A stretch of DNA of 64,000 nt from Escherichia coli (GTDB lineage Bacteria > Pseudomonadota > Gammaproteobacteria > Enterobacterales > Enterobacteriaceae). The notes under the pieces are model-generated. The model worked only from the letters and a program-made list of their open reading frames with translations. It ran no database searches and was not told the DNA's origin. Below are positions 1-14,479 of the stretch, piece after piece (the first letter of the stretch is position 1; each line of letters opens with the position of its first letter). Both the position numbers and the translations under genes were made by a program. The stretch lies in NCBI RefSeq assembly GCF_965641715.1, contig NZ_OZ282453.1. The stretch is one strand, 5' to 3'.

Positions 1-546
1 ACACGCACGCGCGCTTCCGGGAGATGCACACGCAAGAACGCCGACTGCGTGATTACCCGCAGTAACGATAAAAGTATTACCTCCGTCAGAAAAAGAGGGG
101 GTAACCAAACCGTCAGAGTTGACTCTTATTATGGTATCAGTATTCAGGTTTCCACTCGTTTGACTTAGCAAACCAATTGAGTAATCCCCCGTTGTGACAA
201 TCGTATTATTACCCCGCAAAGTGACAGCACCGCCATATTCACTTACGACTGCGCTAGCTGTATATGCTTTGCTTAGAGGACTATTGTCAGAAGGATATAA
301 ACCGCCCGTTGTTACAATGACGCCATTGTTAATGGCTAAATTGCTACCCTCTCCTGCAACAGATACACCGTAACTTCCATTACCCGTTGTTATAACTAGC
401 GCATTATCAATATCTTTTACTTCTCCATCTTTTATTTCCACAGCATGTTTATACTCATCGTGATGAATAAACTGATCAGCATATGCATTACCCACCGCCA
501 GAGCAATAAGTCCTAAACTAAACCCGGGGAGTTTTTTCAGTTTCAT
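1..546 (-). CDS. ycgH: Autotransporter/adhesin-like protein, N-terminal part; gene runs off the window start
   Basis: Minus-strand ATG at 544-546; translation MKLKKLPGFSLGLIALAVGNAYA is a signal peptide followed by Gly/Thr/Asn-rich passenger-like repeats; position next to ymgF fits the ycgG-ymgF-ycgH order. Confidence 0.5.
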   Translation of the reverse strand, partial: MKLKKLPGFSLGLIALAVGNAYADQFIHHDEYKHAVEIKDGEVKDIDNALVITTGNGSYGVSVAGEGSNLAINNGVIVTTGGLYPSDNSPLSKAYTASAVVSEYGGAVTLRGNNTIVTTGDYSIGLLSQTSGNLNTDTIIRVNSDGLVTPSFSDGGNTFIVTAGNHAVGVLACASPGSARAC

Positions 547-945
547 AGATTAACCATCCATTCATTGGATTAACAAACATTCCTGGTCAAATAACCTATG
601 AGTTCAGATTACCAAAACGGAGGGTAAAGACAAAAACAAAAGCACAAGAAATTTAAATAGATAAACAGCGACAATATATAAATGATAAATAAGTCGGCAT
701 TATCATTTTTCACCTTATTTTCATGACATTGATCACTTTGAGGTGACGATTTTGTTTAACAAATAACTCTTCGACATCACAATCATTGATAGTTGCCATA
801 GAAATTATTTAAATGATATATAAAAACAACTGTGATAACACCAGGGTTGACAACTATTTGCGCAATAATTCCTTTCCTTCAATGATCCAGGCGTTCACTG
901 TCAGCACCCCATTCAGCCGCATACTGACAGTGAGAAACTGAAAGA

Positions 946-1164
946 TTATTGCTGATCCCTGTGGCTGACGAGTCTTTCCCTTAATCGATTAACCAGATTG
1001 ATCGCCAGCCAAACAAGGGCATTAAGCAAATTTATCGTCACAAGCACTTCTCCCAGCCCGGTACTGGGTTTTGCAATAAGGATGACCAGGAGAGTGATCA
1101 GCATAAATGCAATGGAAAAGATGATATAGAGAGTGAAATAATCCAGATTATTACTATTGTTCAT
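946..1164 (-). CDS. ymgF: Small inner-membrane protein YmgF
   Basis: ORF 946-1200; likely start at MNNSNNLDYFTLYIIFSIAFML; two hydrophobic helices; synteny. Confidence 0.6.
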   Translation of the reverse strand: MNNSNNLDYFTLYIIFSIAFMLITLLVILIAKPSTGLGEVLVTINLLNALVWLAINLVNRLRERLVSHRDQQ

Positions 1165-1295
1165 GCTACTAATGGCAATCCTGTCAAAACTTTCAAACAA
1201 TTATAGCAAACAAAATAATGAACAATAGTAACAAGAGGCAACGAGCTAATTAGCTGTCTATAATTACACCGCACCATGGCCTTATTGATCAATTT

Positions 1296-2819
1296 TCACT
1301 CAACCACAACCTTCACCTTCGGTTTAGAAAGGATAATTTTGACCAGGTTTATGTATGTAACAGGTTTATAGAAATAATAACCCTGCTGAAATGTAATATT
1401 ATTTTGATTCAGATAGTCAAGTTGTTCTTTCGTTTCGACACCTTCAGCGACGATACTGATCGAAAGTTTACGCGCCAGATCCAATACACAATCCAGAATT
1501 CGGGTTGATTCTGGGTCTGCGTTGACGCGGCCAACGAAACTGTGATCAATTTTGATATAATCAATATGCAGGTCATGCAGATAAGAAAGCCCTGAGTAGC
1601 CAGTACCGAAATCATCCAGCGCGATGACAAAACCATTTTCATGCAGAATGTTCAACCGCTGAACCAGACTTTCATCAACATTTAATGGCTCACGCTCGGT
1701 AACTTCCAGAACGAGGTTTAAATCGCGGCGGGTAAAACTGTCACGGTAATTTAAGCACTCGTCGACAAACGTCGGCGAAATAATATGCGAGGCGCTAAAA
1801 TTAATTCCAATATGAAAACCTTCCGGCAATTTACTCGCGATAGCGTTCATCTGTCTGGCAACCTGATTCATCAGGCTTTGCGTAAGCGGAACGATTAATC
1901 CGGATTTTTCAGCAAGTGGAATAAATGCCGCGGGTGAAATATATCCACCGTGAGGTTGTTTCCAGCGGGCTAACACCTCAACTCCCCGCAATGTCCCTTC
2001 CCGACCATTCACCACTGGTTGGTAAAAAGGGACGATCTCCCCATTATTTATAGCCCGCCGCAGGATCTCTTCAGGCGTTGCGCTTTTATTGAAATACCTA
2101 TCTAGCAGGAAGGCAGCGGCGCAGGCGATTAACAGAATAAAGATCAAAATCCCAAAGCCTTTATCGATAAGTCTGTAGAAGCTAAAGAGTGGCGGCGAGT
2201 TAAAGATAATAGTGAAATGATATTTTGTGGAGTGAACCTTCTCGGTATAGGGATAATGTCCATTAAGCGTCATCACATCACCCGTAGGTCCAATAATGTC
2301 ATCTGCCACGCGTAATACATACCTTACCCCTTTCAAGGGTACATTAAGCGCCCCGCGAATATGCTGATCACTTATCGTAACCAAAATGCGCGTATCTGCA
2401 AATTGGCTCTGATAGAGCAGGATAGGTAATCTATTAACGGTGTCGATTGCCGGAGCCAACAGTAAATTACTGTCCGGGAAAACAGGAATACGAGACAACA
2501 GGACCCGATTCCCAGGCAGGGATGTACACCAGACTATTCCCTGTTTGAGAATGATGATTGTGCGCAGGTGAGGTTTCAGAGCTGCTTCAGTGCCAAGCTG
2601 ATATTGCTCCTCGAGGTCGCATTCCTTCCCGGCAATGTTAACCGCTGTTTGAGTCGCCTGTGACGCTTCTTCAAGTATATGATTGATATTGTTGGCGGCA
2701 TATCTTGCTCCCGCCAGGTACTCTGCTTTTGCGGAATACCAGAGCTGGATGTTCAAAATAGCGACACCGGTAATAAACAAGCATATCGCAACGAGGATGG
2801 GTATGAGTGTATTGCGCAT
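1296..2819 (-). CDS. pdeG: c-di-GMP phosphodiesterase, CSS-EAL type
   Basis: 521-aa ORF (1296-2861); N-terminal TM helix, periplasmic region, C-terminal EAL domain (EVLARW...QPVV, DDFGTGYSGLSYL); likely start MRNTLIPILV. Confidence 0.8.
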   Translation of the reverse strand: MRNTLIPILVAICLFITGVAILNIQLWYSAKAEYLAGARYAANNINHILEEASQATQTAVNIAGKECDLEEQYQLGTEAALKPHLRTIIILKQGIVWCTSLPGNRVLLSRIPVFPDSNLLLAPAIDTVNRLPILLYQSQFADTRILVTISDQHIRGALNVPLKGVRYVLRVADDIIGPTGDVMTLNGHYPYTEKVHSTKYHFTIIFNSPPLFSFYRLIDKGFGILIFILLIACAAAFLLDRYFNKSATPEEILRRAINNGEIVPFYQPVVNGREGTLRGVEVLARWKQPHGGYISPAAFIPLAEKSGLIVPLTQSLMNQVARQMNAIASKLPEGFHIGINFSASHIISPTFVDECLNYRDSFTRRDLNLVLEVTEREPLNVDESLVQRLNILHENGFVIALDDFGTGYSGLSYLHDLHIDYIKIDHSFVGRVNADPESTRILDCVLDLARKLSISIVAEGVETKEQLDYLNQNNITFQQGYYFYKPVTYINLVKIILSKPKVKVVVE

Positions 2820-3150
2820 TTGCTTGTCCCGGCCAAAGGGTTTAATACATGAAAATGCCATTCATTCGCTCGCGCTGGCATCTACAGAGAGCATGGTAGA
2901 TAGCATAAGAAATATCCACGCCGAAGATAAAATTTTCTCCATCTTGATCTAACCCATTAATTATTGAGCATAATGTAGGCAGTATAAAATAAATTAGGCG
3001 GGATATCAGGCGTCAAGAATGGAGAGCGAGAACTCTCCATTCTTGACACCTGATATTGCGGACATATTAAGAAAGCATAACGCCTGAAATGCTCACTTTG
3101 CATCAGCATGGTGATACAGCTGATGTTTATTCTAAAACCTTACTCAAGTT

Positions 3151-3399
3151 CTAAGAGAGCACGGATTCCCTGTCATTAATAATGATATCCGTTAGTGTAG
3201 TCTTATGCATTTCAATGTACTGCAATATTTGCAGATAGAGATCAGAAAGAATCACACTGGTTTCATCTTTTAAACGCAAGCGTAAAGCCTGATCAATAAT
3301 ATGACTATCAACATACCCATGCGTCATGAACACCTCCCTCTCGAGATTTTTAAACAAAGCACATTGAAAAATAAATCTCTCTGGGATTGAATTGTTCAT
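3151..3399 (-). CDS. ymgC: YmgC-like small protein
   Basis: ORF 3151-3462; internal start MNNSIPERFIFQ; synteny with ariR-ymgA-ycgZ. Confidence 0.55.
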   Translation of the reverse strand: MNNSIPERFIFQCALFKNLEREVFMTHGYVDSHIIDQALRLRLKDETSVILSDLYLQILQYIEMHKTTLTDIIINDRESVLS

Positions 3400-3510
3400 G
3401 TCAGCCTCGTAGAAATATAACCCAATAAAATTATGCTGTGTATAGTCTAAAGCGACAGACAAAAATAAGATGAATGAGTTTTCTATAAACTTATACTTAA
3501 TAATTAGAAG

Positions 3511-3777
3511 TTACATATCATCAGCTGTGTATCGCAACACGATTTCCAGTGTTTTTCTAATCACATCAGCTTTGAGAATATCACTTGTTGTTTCCAGGGA
3601 GTGTATCAGACTTAAGATAATATTTTTATTATTAACATTATCGCCTGAAAGCATTAAATTGGTGACAGCCTGCCCTAACACAGCTGACTCTTCTTCTAAC
3701 AAATTACCCGAACTGCGAAAGTAACTTGCTAACGCTTTATCAGTTATTGCATTATGAATTGTAGTATCTTCAAGCAT
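3511..3777 (-). CDS. ariR: Biofilm/acid-resistance regulator AriR (YmgB)
   Basis: 88-aa ORF; position and size in the ycgZ-ymgA-ymgB cluster. Confidence 0.65.
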
Positions 3778-3805
3778 GGTAACCTCTCATCTTACTTATG
3801 AAATT

Positions 3806-4078
3806 TTAATGTATTCTGTTTATTTTCTTACCATTGAACATACTTTTATTGTCAGCTGTCGCTGTTCTTCGGTTTGGCCCTCCTGAATCACTATTGCTAA
3901 AATCACGAATTATGCTGTCAATTAAATCTCGTCGGAAAGCATTTTCCTCAGCCGATTTCATTACGAGTAATTGCTTAATAAGAGTCTGCACCGAAAAATT
4001 TATCTTCATGCGCAGTATCTGGAGCACCGCCTGGCCAGTAATTTCATATTTTATACTTTCATTATCAGATGTCTTCAT
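3806..4078 (-). CDS. ymgA: YmgA, Rcs-connector small protein
   Basis: 90-aa ORF; synteny. Confidence 0.6.
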   Translation of the reverse strand: MKTSDNESIKYEITGQAVLQILRMKINFSVQTLIKQLLVMKSAEENAFRRDLIDSIIRDFSNSDSGGPNRRTATADNKSMFNGKKINRIH

Positions 4079-4120
4079 AACGACTTCATAGCTAACCTGT
4101 TAAATAATCAGGCTGTTGCA

Positions 4121-4357
4121 TTATTCAAAAAGCAACCCAATTAGTGCATTATAATGTTTCTGTTCCTCTTCCCCTGTCGCTTGTTCCAGTCGGCAAAGAA
4201 GTTTGGCACAAAGCGACTTTCGACTCAGATTACGTCCATCTTTCAAAATCTCAGTCACAATTTCCCCGAGAGTTTCCTGCTGAGTAGGCAAGTTAGCTTT
4301 TGCAAAGTAACGAGTGATTGCTCCCGCAGAATCTGAAGTCACTGAATTTTGATGCAT
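4121..4357 (-). CDS. ycgZ: YcgZ small protein
   Basis: 78-aa ORF transcribed divergently from bluF; synteny. Confidence 0.6.
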   Translation of the reverse strand: MHQNSVTSDSAGAITRYFAKANLPTQQETLGEIVTEILKDGRNLSRKSLCAKLLCRLEQATGEEEQKHYNALIGLLFE

Positions 4358-4670
4358 GCTACGCCTCTGTTAAAAATGTTAATCAATGTTAAGTGAGGTA
4401 ACAATAGCAAACTTGTACGAAATATGTGTACAGAATGATAAATTAATTTTTTGCAATTAGTGCTAATGCATACAAAACAATACGTTATGATAAAACATAT
4501 TGCATCATTTAACTGACAACCTATACAAGATTTATCGCCAACTCGTGTTCAACTTTTTCCATTTTTTATCAATGTAAAGAAACAGTTATGTTTTGGTATT
4601 AAAAGAAAGACACCGGAAGATATGTCTGTTACCGTCTTACTCTCGCCTCTCCCATTACCCTGGACAGTTA

Positions 4671-5882
4671 ATGCTTACCACCCTTATTTATCGTAGCCAT
4701 ATACGTGACGACGAACCTGTCAAAAAAATCGAAGAAATGGTTTCGATAGCAAATCGCAGGAACATGCAGTCTGACGTAACAGGGATCTTACTGTTTAATG
4801 GTTCTCATTTTTTCCAGCTTCTGGAAGGTCCGGAAGAACAGGTTAAAATGATATATCGGGCTATATGCCAGGATCCACGGCACTATAATATTGTTGAGCT
4901 GCTGTGCGATTACGCGCCTGCTCGCCGTTTTGGCAAAGCGGGAATGGAATTATTTGATTTACGCCTGCACGAGCGAGATGACGTTTTACAGGCCGTATTC
5001 GACAAAGGCACATCAAAATTTCAGCTAACTTATGATGACAGAGCGCTACAATTTTTTCGTACTTTTGTCCTTGCAACCGAACAATCAACCTATTTCGAGA
5101 TTCCTGCTGAAGACTCCTGGCTTTTTATCGCTGACGGATCTGATAAAGAACTTGATTCCTGTACCCTTTCACCAAATATAAACGACCACTTTGCCTTTCA
5201 TCCTATTGTTGATCCCTTATCGCGGCGGATAATCGCTTTTGAAGCCATTGTGCAAAAAAATGAAGACAGCCCGTCAGCTATAGCGGTTGGGCAGCGTAAA
5301 GACGGGGAAATCTACACAGCGGATCTCAAAAGTAAGGCGCTTGTATTCGCGATGGCACACACACTTGAGCTCGGTGATAAAATGATATCTATCAATCTAT
5401 TACCTATGACCCTGGTTAACGAGCCTGACGCAGTCTCTTTTTTACTTGATGAAATAAAGGCCAATGGTCTGGTGCCTGAACAAATCATCGTTGAATTTAC
5501 TGAAAGTGAAGTCATATCTCGGTTTGATGAGTTTGCCGAAGCGGTTAAATCGCTAAAGGCTGCCGGTATCAGTGTAGCAATTGATCATTTTGGCGCAGGT
5601 TTTGCTGGTTTGTTACTCCTGTCACGCTTCCAGCCTGACAGAATTAAAATCAGTCAGGAATTGATTACCAATGTTCATAAAAGCGGACCACGGCAGGCAA
5701 TTATTCAGGCGATCATAAAATGCTGTACATCACTTGAAATTCAAGTCTCTGCTATGGGCGTGGCAACACCAGAAGAGTGGATGTGGCTTGAATCCGCAGG
5801 AATTGAGATGTTTCAGGGGGATCTGTTTGCTAAAGCTAAATTGAATGGTATCCCTTCAGTTGCGTGGCCAGAAAAAAAATAA
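4671..5882 (+). CDS. bluF: Blue-light sensor BLUF-EAL protein
   Basis: ORF 4593-5882; BLUF domain (YRSHIRDD...GILLFNGSHFFQLLEGPEE) plus degenerate EAL domain; likely start MLTTLIYRS. Confidence 0.85.
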   Translation: MLTTLIYRSHIRDDEPVKKIEEMVSIANRRNMQSDVTGILLFNGSHFFQLLEGPEEQVKMIYRAICQDPRHYNIVELLCDYAPARRFGKAGMELFDLRLHERDDVLQAVFDKGTSKFQLTYDDRALQFFRTFVLATEQSTYFEIPAEDSWLFIADGSDKELDSCTLSPNINDHFAFHPIVDPLSRRIIAFEAIVQKNEDSPSAIAVGQRKDGEIYTADLKSKALVFAMAHTLELGDKMISINLLPMTLVNEPDAVSFLLDEIKANGLVPEQIIVEFTESEVISRFDEFAEAVKSLKAAGISVAIDHFGAGFAGLLLLSRFQPDRIKISQELITNVHKSGPRQAIIQAIIKCCTSLEIQVSAMGVATPEEWMWLESAGIEMFQGDLFAKAKLNGIPSVAWPEKK

Positions 5883-5990
5883 TTTTCAGCACATGATTTC
5901 AGTAAATCATCGTGAAAATGAATACGTTATGTTTTAATTTAATCCACATTAAAAATAATGTTTCATCCAATTTAGCTGAAATCTTATTTA

Positions 5991-6026
5991 TACTTTGTAC
6001 AATTTTAGCGTATATTGTACAAAGTA
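5991..6026. promoter_or_regulatory. Perfect 13-bp inverted repeat TACTTTGTACAAT-N10-ATTGTACAAAGTA upstream of bluR; candidate MerR-type operator
   Basis: Read directly: 5991-6003 and 6014-6026 are exact reverse complements separated by 10 bp, about 50 bp upstream of the bluR start. Confidence 0.4.
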
Positions 6027-6076
6027 TTATTGGGTCGTGTACAGGCGACGGAGATTTGTGACCGCAAGGAGGAATT

Positions 6077-6808
6077 GTGGCTTATTACAGCATTGGTGAT
6101 GTTGCTGAACGTTGCGGGATTAATCCTGTCACTCTCCGGGCCTGGCAACGCCGCTACGGTTTGTTAAAACCACAGCGCAGTGAAGGCGGACACCGACTCT
6201 TTGATGAAGAAGACATACAACGTATCGAAGAGATCAAGCGTTGGATAAGTAATGGCGTCCCTGTAGGCAAAGTTAAAGCATTACTGGAAACCACCAGCCA
6301 GGATACGGAAGATGACTGGAGCCGCTTGCAAGAAGAGATGATGTCAATTCTTCGTATGGCTAATCCTGCCAAACTACGCGCGAGAATTATTTCACTGGGT
6401 CGAGAGTACCCAGTAGATCAATTGATTAATCATGTTTACCTTCCTGTTCGCCAGCGTCTCGTGCTTGATCACAACACCTCCCGCATTATGAGCAGTATGT
6501 TTGACGGCGCACTAATTGAATACGCAGCAGCCTCGCTTTTCGAAATGCGCCGTAAGCCCGGTAAAGAAGCCATTCTGATGGCATGGAATGTTGAAGAGAG
6601 AGCACGATTGTGGCTGGAAGCATGGCGTTTATCATTGTCAGGATGGCACATTTCTGTTCTTGCTGATCCCATTGAATCGCCGCGCCCGGAACTGTTCCCG
6701 ACGCAAACATTGATTGTCTGGACAGGCATGGCACCAACGAGAAGGCAAAACGAACTTTTACAACACTGGGGTGAGCAAGGTTATAAAGTCATCTTTCATG
6801 CCCCCTAA
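6077..6808 (+). CDS. bluR: MerR-family repressor BluR (YcgE)
   Basis: 243 aa; N-terminal MerR HTH ([29 protein letters not shown]); synteny next to bluF. Confidence 0.85.
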   Translation: MAYYSIGDVAERCGINPVTLRAWQRRYGLLKPQRSEGGHRLFDEEDIQRIEEIKRWISNGVPVGKVKALLETTSQDTEDDWSRLQEEMMSILRMANPAKLRARIISLGREYPVDQLINHVYLPVRQRLVLDHNTSRIMSSMFDGALIEYAAASLFEMRRKPGKEAILMAWNVEERARLWLEAWRLSLSGWHISVLADPIESPRPELFPTQTLIVWTGMAPTRRQNELLQHWGEQGYKVIFHAP

Positions 6809-7028
6809 TTTCACCTTTATCCCGCCCCTTAGACAGAATGTTATAATCTGAACCCACAACAGCATTTGTACCGGAGCTGGTCCGTTGCAAAATGCTCACC
6901 GGGAGAATTCAGGTAATCCCTCTATCACACTCTGTACATATCACAGCCAAAGGACAGACCAGATTGAAGTGGTAAAACCGATCGTGCACACTACGCAGTC
7001 TCACAACTAACAAGAGGTTATTATCCTG

Positions 7029-7433
7029 ATGGATCAGGTCGTTGTTTTTCAAAAGATGTTTGAGCAAGTGAGAAAAGAGCAAAACTTCTCCTGGTTTTAT
7101 TCAGAATTAAAACATCACCGTATTGCACATTACATTTATTATCTGGCTACGGATAACATCAGAATTATTACTCACGATGACACGGTTTTGTTATTAAGAG
7201 GAACCAGGAACCTGTTAAAAGTTAGTACGACCAAGAACCCTGCTAAAATAAAAGAGGCCGCATTGCTTCATATTTGCGGAAAATCTACATTTCGGGAATA
7301 CTGTTCAACACTGGCAGGCGCGGGCGTTTTCCGTTGGGTTACTGATGTTAATCATAACAAACGCAGTTACTACGCCATTGATAATACTCTTTTATATATT
7401 GAAGATGTAGAAAATAATAAACCATTAATCTAG
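7029..7433 (+). CDS. ycgX: YcgX (DUF1398-like) protein
   Basis: 134-aa ORF; synteny. Confidence 0.65.
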   Translation: MDQVVVFQKMFEQVRKEQNFSWFYSELKHHRIAHYIYYLATDNIRIITHDDTVLLLRGTRNLLKVSTTKNPAKIKEAALLHICGKSTFREYCSTLAGAGVFRWVTDVNHNKRSYYAIDNTLLYIEDVENNKPLI

Positions 7434-7644
7434 CTAAAGTTGGATGCTTAAGAAGTGCTTCATAATTCAGTAAGGCATTAGCATAATGGGAATAAAAGTA
7501 CAGAGACTATCCCTATGGATGATAAATACTGTCCTTTTATTGCTACCCATAAATAATCACCAGGCCAATACTATCAAATTGATATTTGAAATGTGATCAC
7601 TTGACTTTCTATACGTTATTTTATAACGGTTAACATATTTATAA

Positions 7645-7694
7645 AACCAACGGGCGTGCCATACGCCCGTTTTAATACTTAACGCACATGTGTT
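7645..7694. repeat. About 50-bp imperfect direct copy of the sequence immediately 3' of icd (hairpin AACGGGCGTG..ATACGCCCGTT)
   Basis: 7645-7694 aligns with 8505-8554 with a few mismatches; the two copies flank iraM. Confidence 0.5.
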
Positions 7695-8128
7695 TTGGTT
7701 TAGTCATCATCCAGTTATATGTATTTTAGCCAGGAACAGGTTAAACCTTTCCTATATAACTCAAAAATTGAAACCTTATTCTCATGTCATGCTTATATTC
7801 ATTATTATCGTTATATAAAAAGGCAACCATAATGTTTAGCAAATTGGCACAAAGTAGCATAAAGGCGATGTTTTAATTACAGGATGTTCAGTCATTTGAA
7901 TGTATAACATTATAGCTAAACAAATCTAAAACGAAGTGAATAATTTATTGTTTTCACTAAATCTCATTTTGTTTAACATCCATTGAGATTCCTTGCTTTA
8001 AATTTTGTTTTATATAAGCAATCGTTTTAATTAATTTATTTTTTGAAGGGGTAATATACTCATATGCAAAATAAAGAAATGAACATCCAAATGAACTATA
8101 TTAAATACCGTGGGATAAGACATAACAA

Positions 8129-8452
8129 ATGAAGTGGGTAGTAATTGACACGGTCATTCAACCTACATGCGGCATATCTTTTTCAGCCATATGGGGTGAT
8201 ATAAAAATGATCATCTGGTATCAATCTACTATATTTCTTCCTCCTGGAAGTATATTTACACCGGTTAAGCCAGGTATTATCCTTAAGGATAAAGAATATC
8301 CTATTACTATTTATAACATTGCACCATTCAACAAGAATTTATGGAGTTTACTTAAAAGCAGTCAAGAGTGTCCTCCAGGAGAAAGCGAAATAACAAATAA
8401 ATGTTTGCATAAGAGTTGTATTATAAAAATATGCCCGTATGGGCTCAAGTAA
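8129..8452 (+). CDS. iraM: Anti-adaptor protein IraM (RssB inhibitor)
   Basis: 107-aa [26 protein letters not shown]...; very AT-rich flanks. Confidence 0.75.
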   Translation: MKWVVIDTVIQPTCGISFSAIWGDIKMIIWYQSTIFLPPGSIFTPVKPGIILKDKEYPITIYNIAPFNKNLWSLLKSSQECPPGESEITNKCLHKSCIIKICPYGLK

Positions 8453-8504
8453 TGGGTTTTATATAAATATGCTCGATATGCTATTAATAATATCCACATA
8501 AATA

Positions 8505-8554
8505 AAACAACGGGCGTGTTATACGCCCGTTTCAATATTTAACACATGTAGTGA
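8505..8554 (-). terminator. icd rho-independent terminator hairpin
   Basis: GC hairpin AACGGGCGTataacaCGCCCGTT followed by T-run on the minus strand, directly after the icd stop. Confidence 0.5.
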
Positions 8555-9805
8555 TTACATATTCTTGATGATCGCATCACCAAACTCTGAACATTTCAGC
8601 AGTTTAGCGCCTTCCATCAGACGTTCGAAGTCATAGGTTACGGTCTTCGCATTGATTGCGCCTTCCATACCTTTAACAATCAGGTCAGCCGCTTCAGTCC
8701 AACCCATATGGCGTAACATCATCTCAGCAGAGAGAATAATAGAGCCTGGGTTAACTTTGTCCTGACCGGCATATTTCGGCGCAGTACCGTGGGTAGCTTC
8801 AAACAGGGCGCATTCGTCACCGATGTTTGCGCCAGGGGCGATACCGATACCGCCAACCTGCGCTGCCAGGGCGTCAGAAATGTAGTCACCGTTCAGGTTC
8901 ATACAGGCGATAACATCATATTCAGCCGGACGCAGCAGGATCTGTTGCAGGAATGCATCAGCAATCACGTCTTTAATGACGATCTCTTTGCCGGTGTTCG
9001 GATTTTTAACTTTCAGCCACGGGCCGCCGTCGATCAGTTCACCGCCAAACTCTTCACGCGCCAGCTGGTAGCCCCAGTCTTTAAACGCGCCTTCGGTGAA
9101 CTTCATGATGTTGCCTTTGTGCACCAGAGTCACAGAGTCACGATCGTTAGCAATTGCGTATTCGATCGCTGCACGAACCAGACGTTTGGTGCCTTCTTCC
9201 GAACACGGCTTAATACCGATACCACAATGTTCCGGGAAGCGAATTTTCTTCACACCCATCTCTTCACGCAGGAATTTAATCACTTTCTCGGCGTCGGCAG
9301 AGTCTGCTTTCCATTCGATACCCGCATAAATGTCTTCCGAGTTTTCACGGAAGATAACCATATCGGTCAGTTCAGGGTGTTTAACCGGGCTTGGAGTGCC
9401 CTGATAGTAACGTACCGGACGCAGGCAGATGTAGAGATCCAGTTCCTGGCGCAGGGCAACGTTCAGAGAGCGAATACCGCCACCAACAGGAGTGGTCAGC
9501 GGACCTTTAATGGCAACGCGATATTCACGAATCAGATCAAGGGTTTCAGCAGGCAGCCAGACGTCCTGACCATAAACCTGTGTGGATTTTTCACCGGTGT
9601 AAATTTCCATCCAGGAGATTTTACGCTCGCCTTTATAGGCTTTCTCGACTGCAGCGTCGACCACTTTCAGCATGGCTGGGGTTACATCTACACCGATTCC
9701 ATCACCTTCAATGTAAGGGATAATCGGATTTTCAGGAACGTTGAGTTTGCCGTTTTGCAGGGTGATCTTCTTGCCTTGTGCCGGAACAACTACTTTACTT
9801 TCCAT
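8555..9805 (-). CDS. icd: Isocitrate dehydrogenase (NADP)
   Basis: 416 aa [38 protein letters not shown]...; intact, no e14 prophage attached. Confidence 0.95.
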   Translation of the reverse strand: MESKVVVPAQGKKITLQNGKLNVPENPIIPYIEGDGIGVDVTPAMLKVVDAAVEKAYKGERKISWMEIYTGEKSTQVYGQDVWLPAETLDLIREYRVAIKGPLTTPVGGGIRSLNVALRQELDLYICLRPVRYYQGTPSPVKHPELTDMVIFRENSEDIYAGIEWKADSADAEKVIKFLREEMGVKKIRFPEHCGIGIKPCSEEGTKRLVRAAIEYAIANDRDSVTLVHKGNIMKFTEGAFKDWGYQLAREEFGGELIDGGPWLKVKNPNTGKEIVIKDVIADAFLQQILLRPAEYDVIACMNLNGDYISDALAAQVGGIGIAPGANIGDECALFEATHGTAPKYAGQDKVNPGSIILSAEMMLRHMGWTEAADLIVKGMEGAINAKTVTYDFERLMEGAKLLKCSEFGDAIIKNM

Positions 9806-9976
9806 TCACCTCTCCTTCGAGCGCTACTGGTTTGCTCGTCTGCCACCACGTTGCATATGCGTTTGCGTCCTGCGATACGGATGCTTTAGAGCAATTTTTT
9901 GTTAATGATTTGTAATTGGCTTGTCAATACTACCCTATTGTTTGCCGTCATGAAAGATGCGCGTTATTAGGCTATA

Positions 9977-10630
9977 ATGCGGCAATTCATAATCTCTGAA
10001 AATACCATGCAAAAAACTTCTTTTAGAAATCACCAGGTTAAGCGATTCAGCTCGCAACGTTCTACCAGGCGTAAACCTGAAAACCAGCCCACGCGTGTGA
10101 TCCTGTTCAATAAACCCTACGATGTTCTTCCGCAGTTCACCGATGAAGCCGGACGCAAAACATTAAAAGAATTCATCCCGGTTCAGGGCGTTTATGCGGC
10201 AGGTCGTCTTGACCGCGATAGCGAAGGGTTACTGGTGCTGACCAATAACGGTGCGTTGCAGGCGCGTTTAACTCAGCCGGGTAAACGCACCGGGAAAATC
10301 TATTATGTGCAGGTGGAAGGTATTCCCACACAAGACGCCCTTGAAGCCTTGCGCAATGGCGTAACCTTAAATGATGGCCCTACCCTGCCCGCCGGCGCGG
10401 AGCTGGTTGACGAACCTGCGTGGTTATGGCCGCGGAATCCACCAATTCGTGAACGCAAAAGTATTCCCACCAGCTGGCTGAAGATCACCTTATATGAAGG
10501 ACGTAATCGCCAGGTGCGCCGCATGACCGCCCATGTTGGTTTCCCCACGCTGCGACTGATTCGCTATGCGATGGGTGATTACTCTTTGGATAATCTTGCT
10601 AATGGCGAATGGCGAGAAGTGACAGATTAA
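9977..10630 (+). CDS. rluE: 23S rRNA pseudouridine synthase RluE
   Basis: 217 aa; pseudouridine-synthase motif [17 protein letters not shown]. Confidence 0.85.
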
Positions 10631-10639
10631 GGATGCAAA

Positions 10640-12261
<1,622 letters not shown>

Positions 12262-12296
12262 TTATTATCTTTACTTAAAACAAGGAAGCAGTGAAC

Positions 12297-12938
12297 GTGG
12301 CAAAGAATTACTATGACATCACCCTCGCCCTGGCCGGTATTTGTCAGTCGGCACGCCTGGTGCAACAACTCGCTCACCAGGGGCATTGTGATGCCGATGC
12401 GCTACACGTCTCACTCAACAGTATTATTGATATGAACCCCAGCTCGACGCTGGCGGTTTTTGGCGGTAGCGAAGCCAACCTGCGCGTCGGGCTGGAAACC
12501 CTGCTCGGCGTGCTCAATGCCAGCAGTCGCCAGGGCTTAAACGCCGAATTAACCCGCTACACACTCAGTCTGATGGTGCTTGAGCGCAAACTCTCCTCAG
12601 CGAAAGGTGCGCTCGACACTCTGGGCAACCGGATCAACGGCCTGCAACGCCAGCTCGAACACTTCGATTTACAGTCCGAAACGCTGATGAGCGCGATGGC
12701 TGCTATCTATGTTGATGTGATTAGCCCGCTTGGCCCGCGCATTCAGGTCACCGGTTCCCCTGCTGTACTGCAAAGCCCACAAGTGCAGGCGAAAGTTCGC
12801 GCAACCCTGCTGGCAGGCATTCGCGCCGCCGTGCTCTGGCACCAGGTCGGCGGCGGACGTCTGCAACTGATGTTTTCTCGTAATCGCCTGACCACTCAGG
12901 CAAAACAAATTCTTGCTCATTTAACCCCGGAGTTGTGA
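12297..12938 (+). CDS. hflD: Lysogenization regulator HflD
   Basis: ORF 12291-12938; [26 protein letters not shown]. Confidence 0.85.
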   Translation: MAKNYYDITLALAGICQSARLVQQLAHQGHCDADALHVSLNSIIDMNPSSTLAVFGGSEANLRVGLETLLGVLNASSRQGLNAELTRYTLSLMVLERKLSSAKGALDTLGNRINGLQRQLEHFDLQSETLMSAMAAIYVDVISPLGPRIQVTGSPAVLQSPQVQAKVRATLLAGIRAAVLWHQVGGGRLQLMFSRNRLTTQAKQILAHLTPEL

Positions 12939-14312
<1,374 letters not shown>

Positions 14313-14479
14313 ACTCGTATCAGTGCCGGATGGCGATGCTGTCCGGCCTGCTTATTAAGATTATCCGCTTTTTATTTTTTCACTTTACCTCCCCTCCCCG
14401 CTGGTTTATTTAATGTTTACCCCCATAACCACATAATCGCGTTACACTATTTTAATAATTAAGACAGGGAGAAATAAAA

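Noticed and set aside
8453-8554. e14 prophage or mcrA at the icd 3' end
   Set aside because: icd is followed within about 100 bp by iraM; no integrase, lit or mcrA-like ORFs are present.
8789-9889. 366-aa plus-strand ORF
   Set aside because: Fully antisense to icd, a highly conserved gene; typical antisense ORF in GC-balanced coding DNA.
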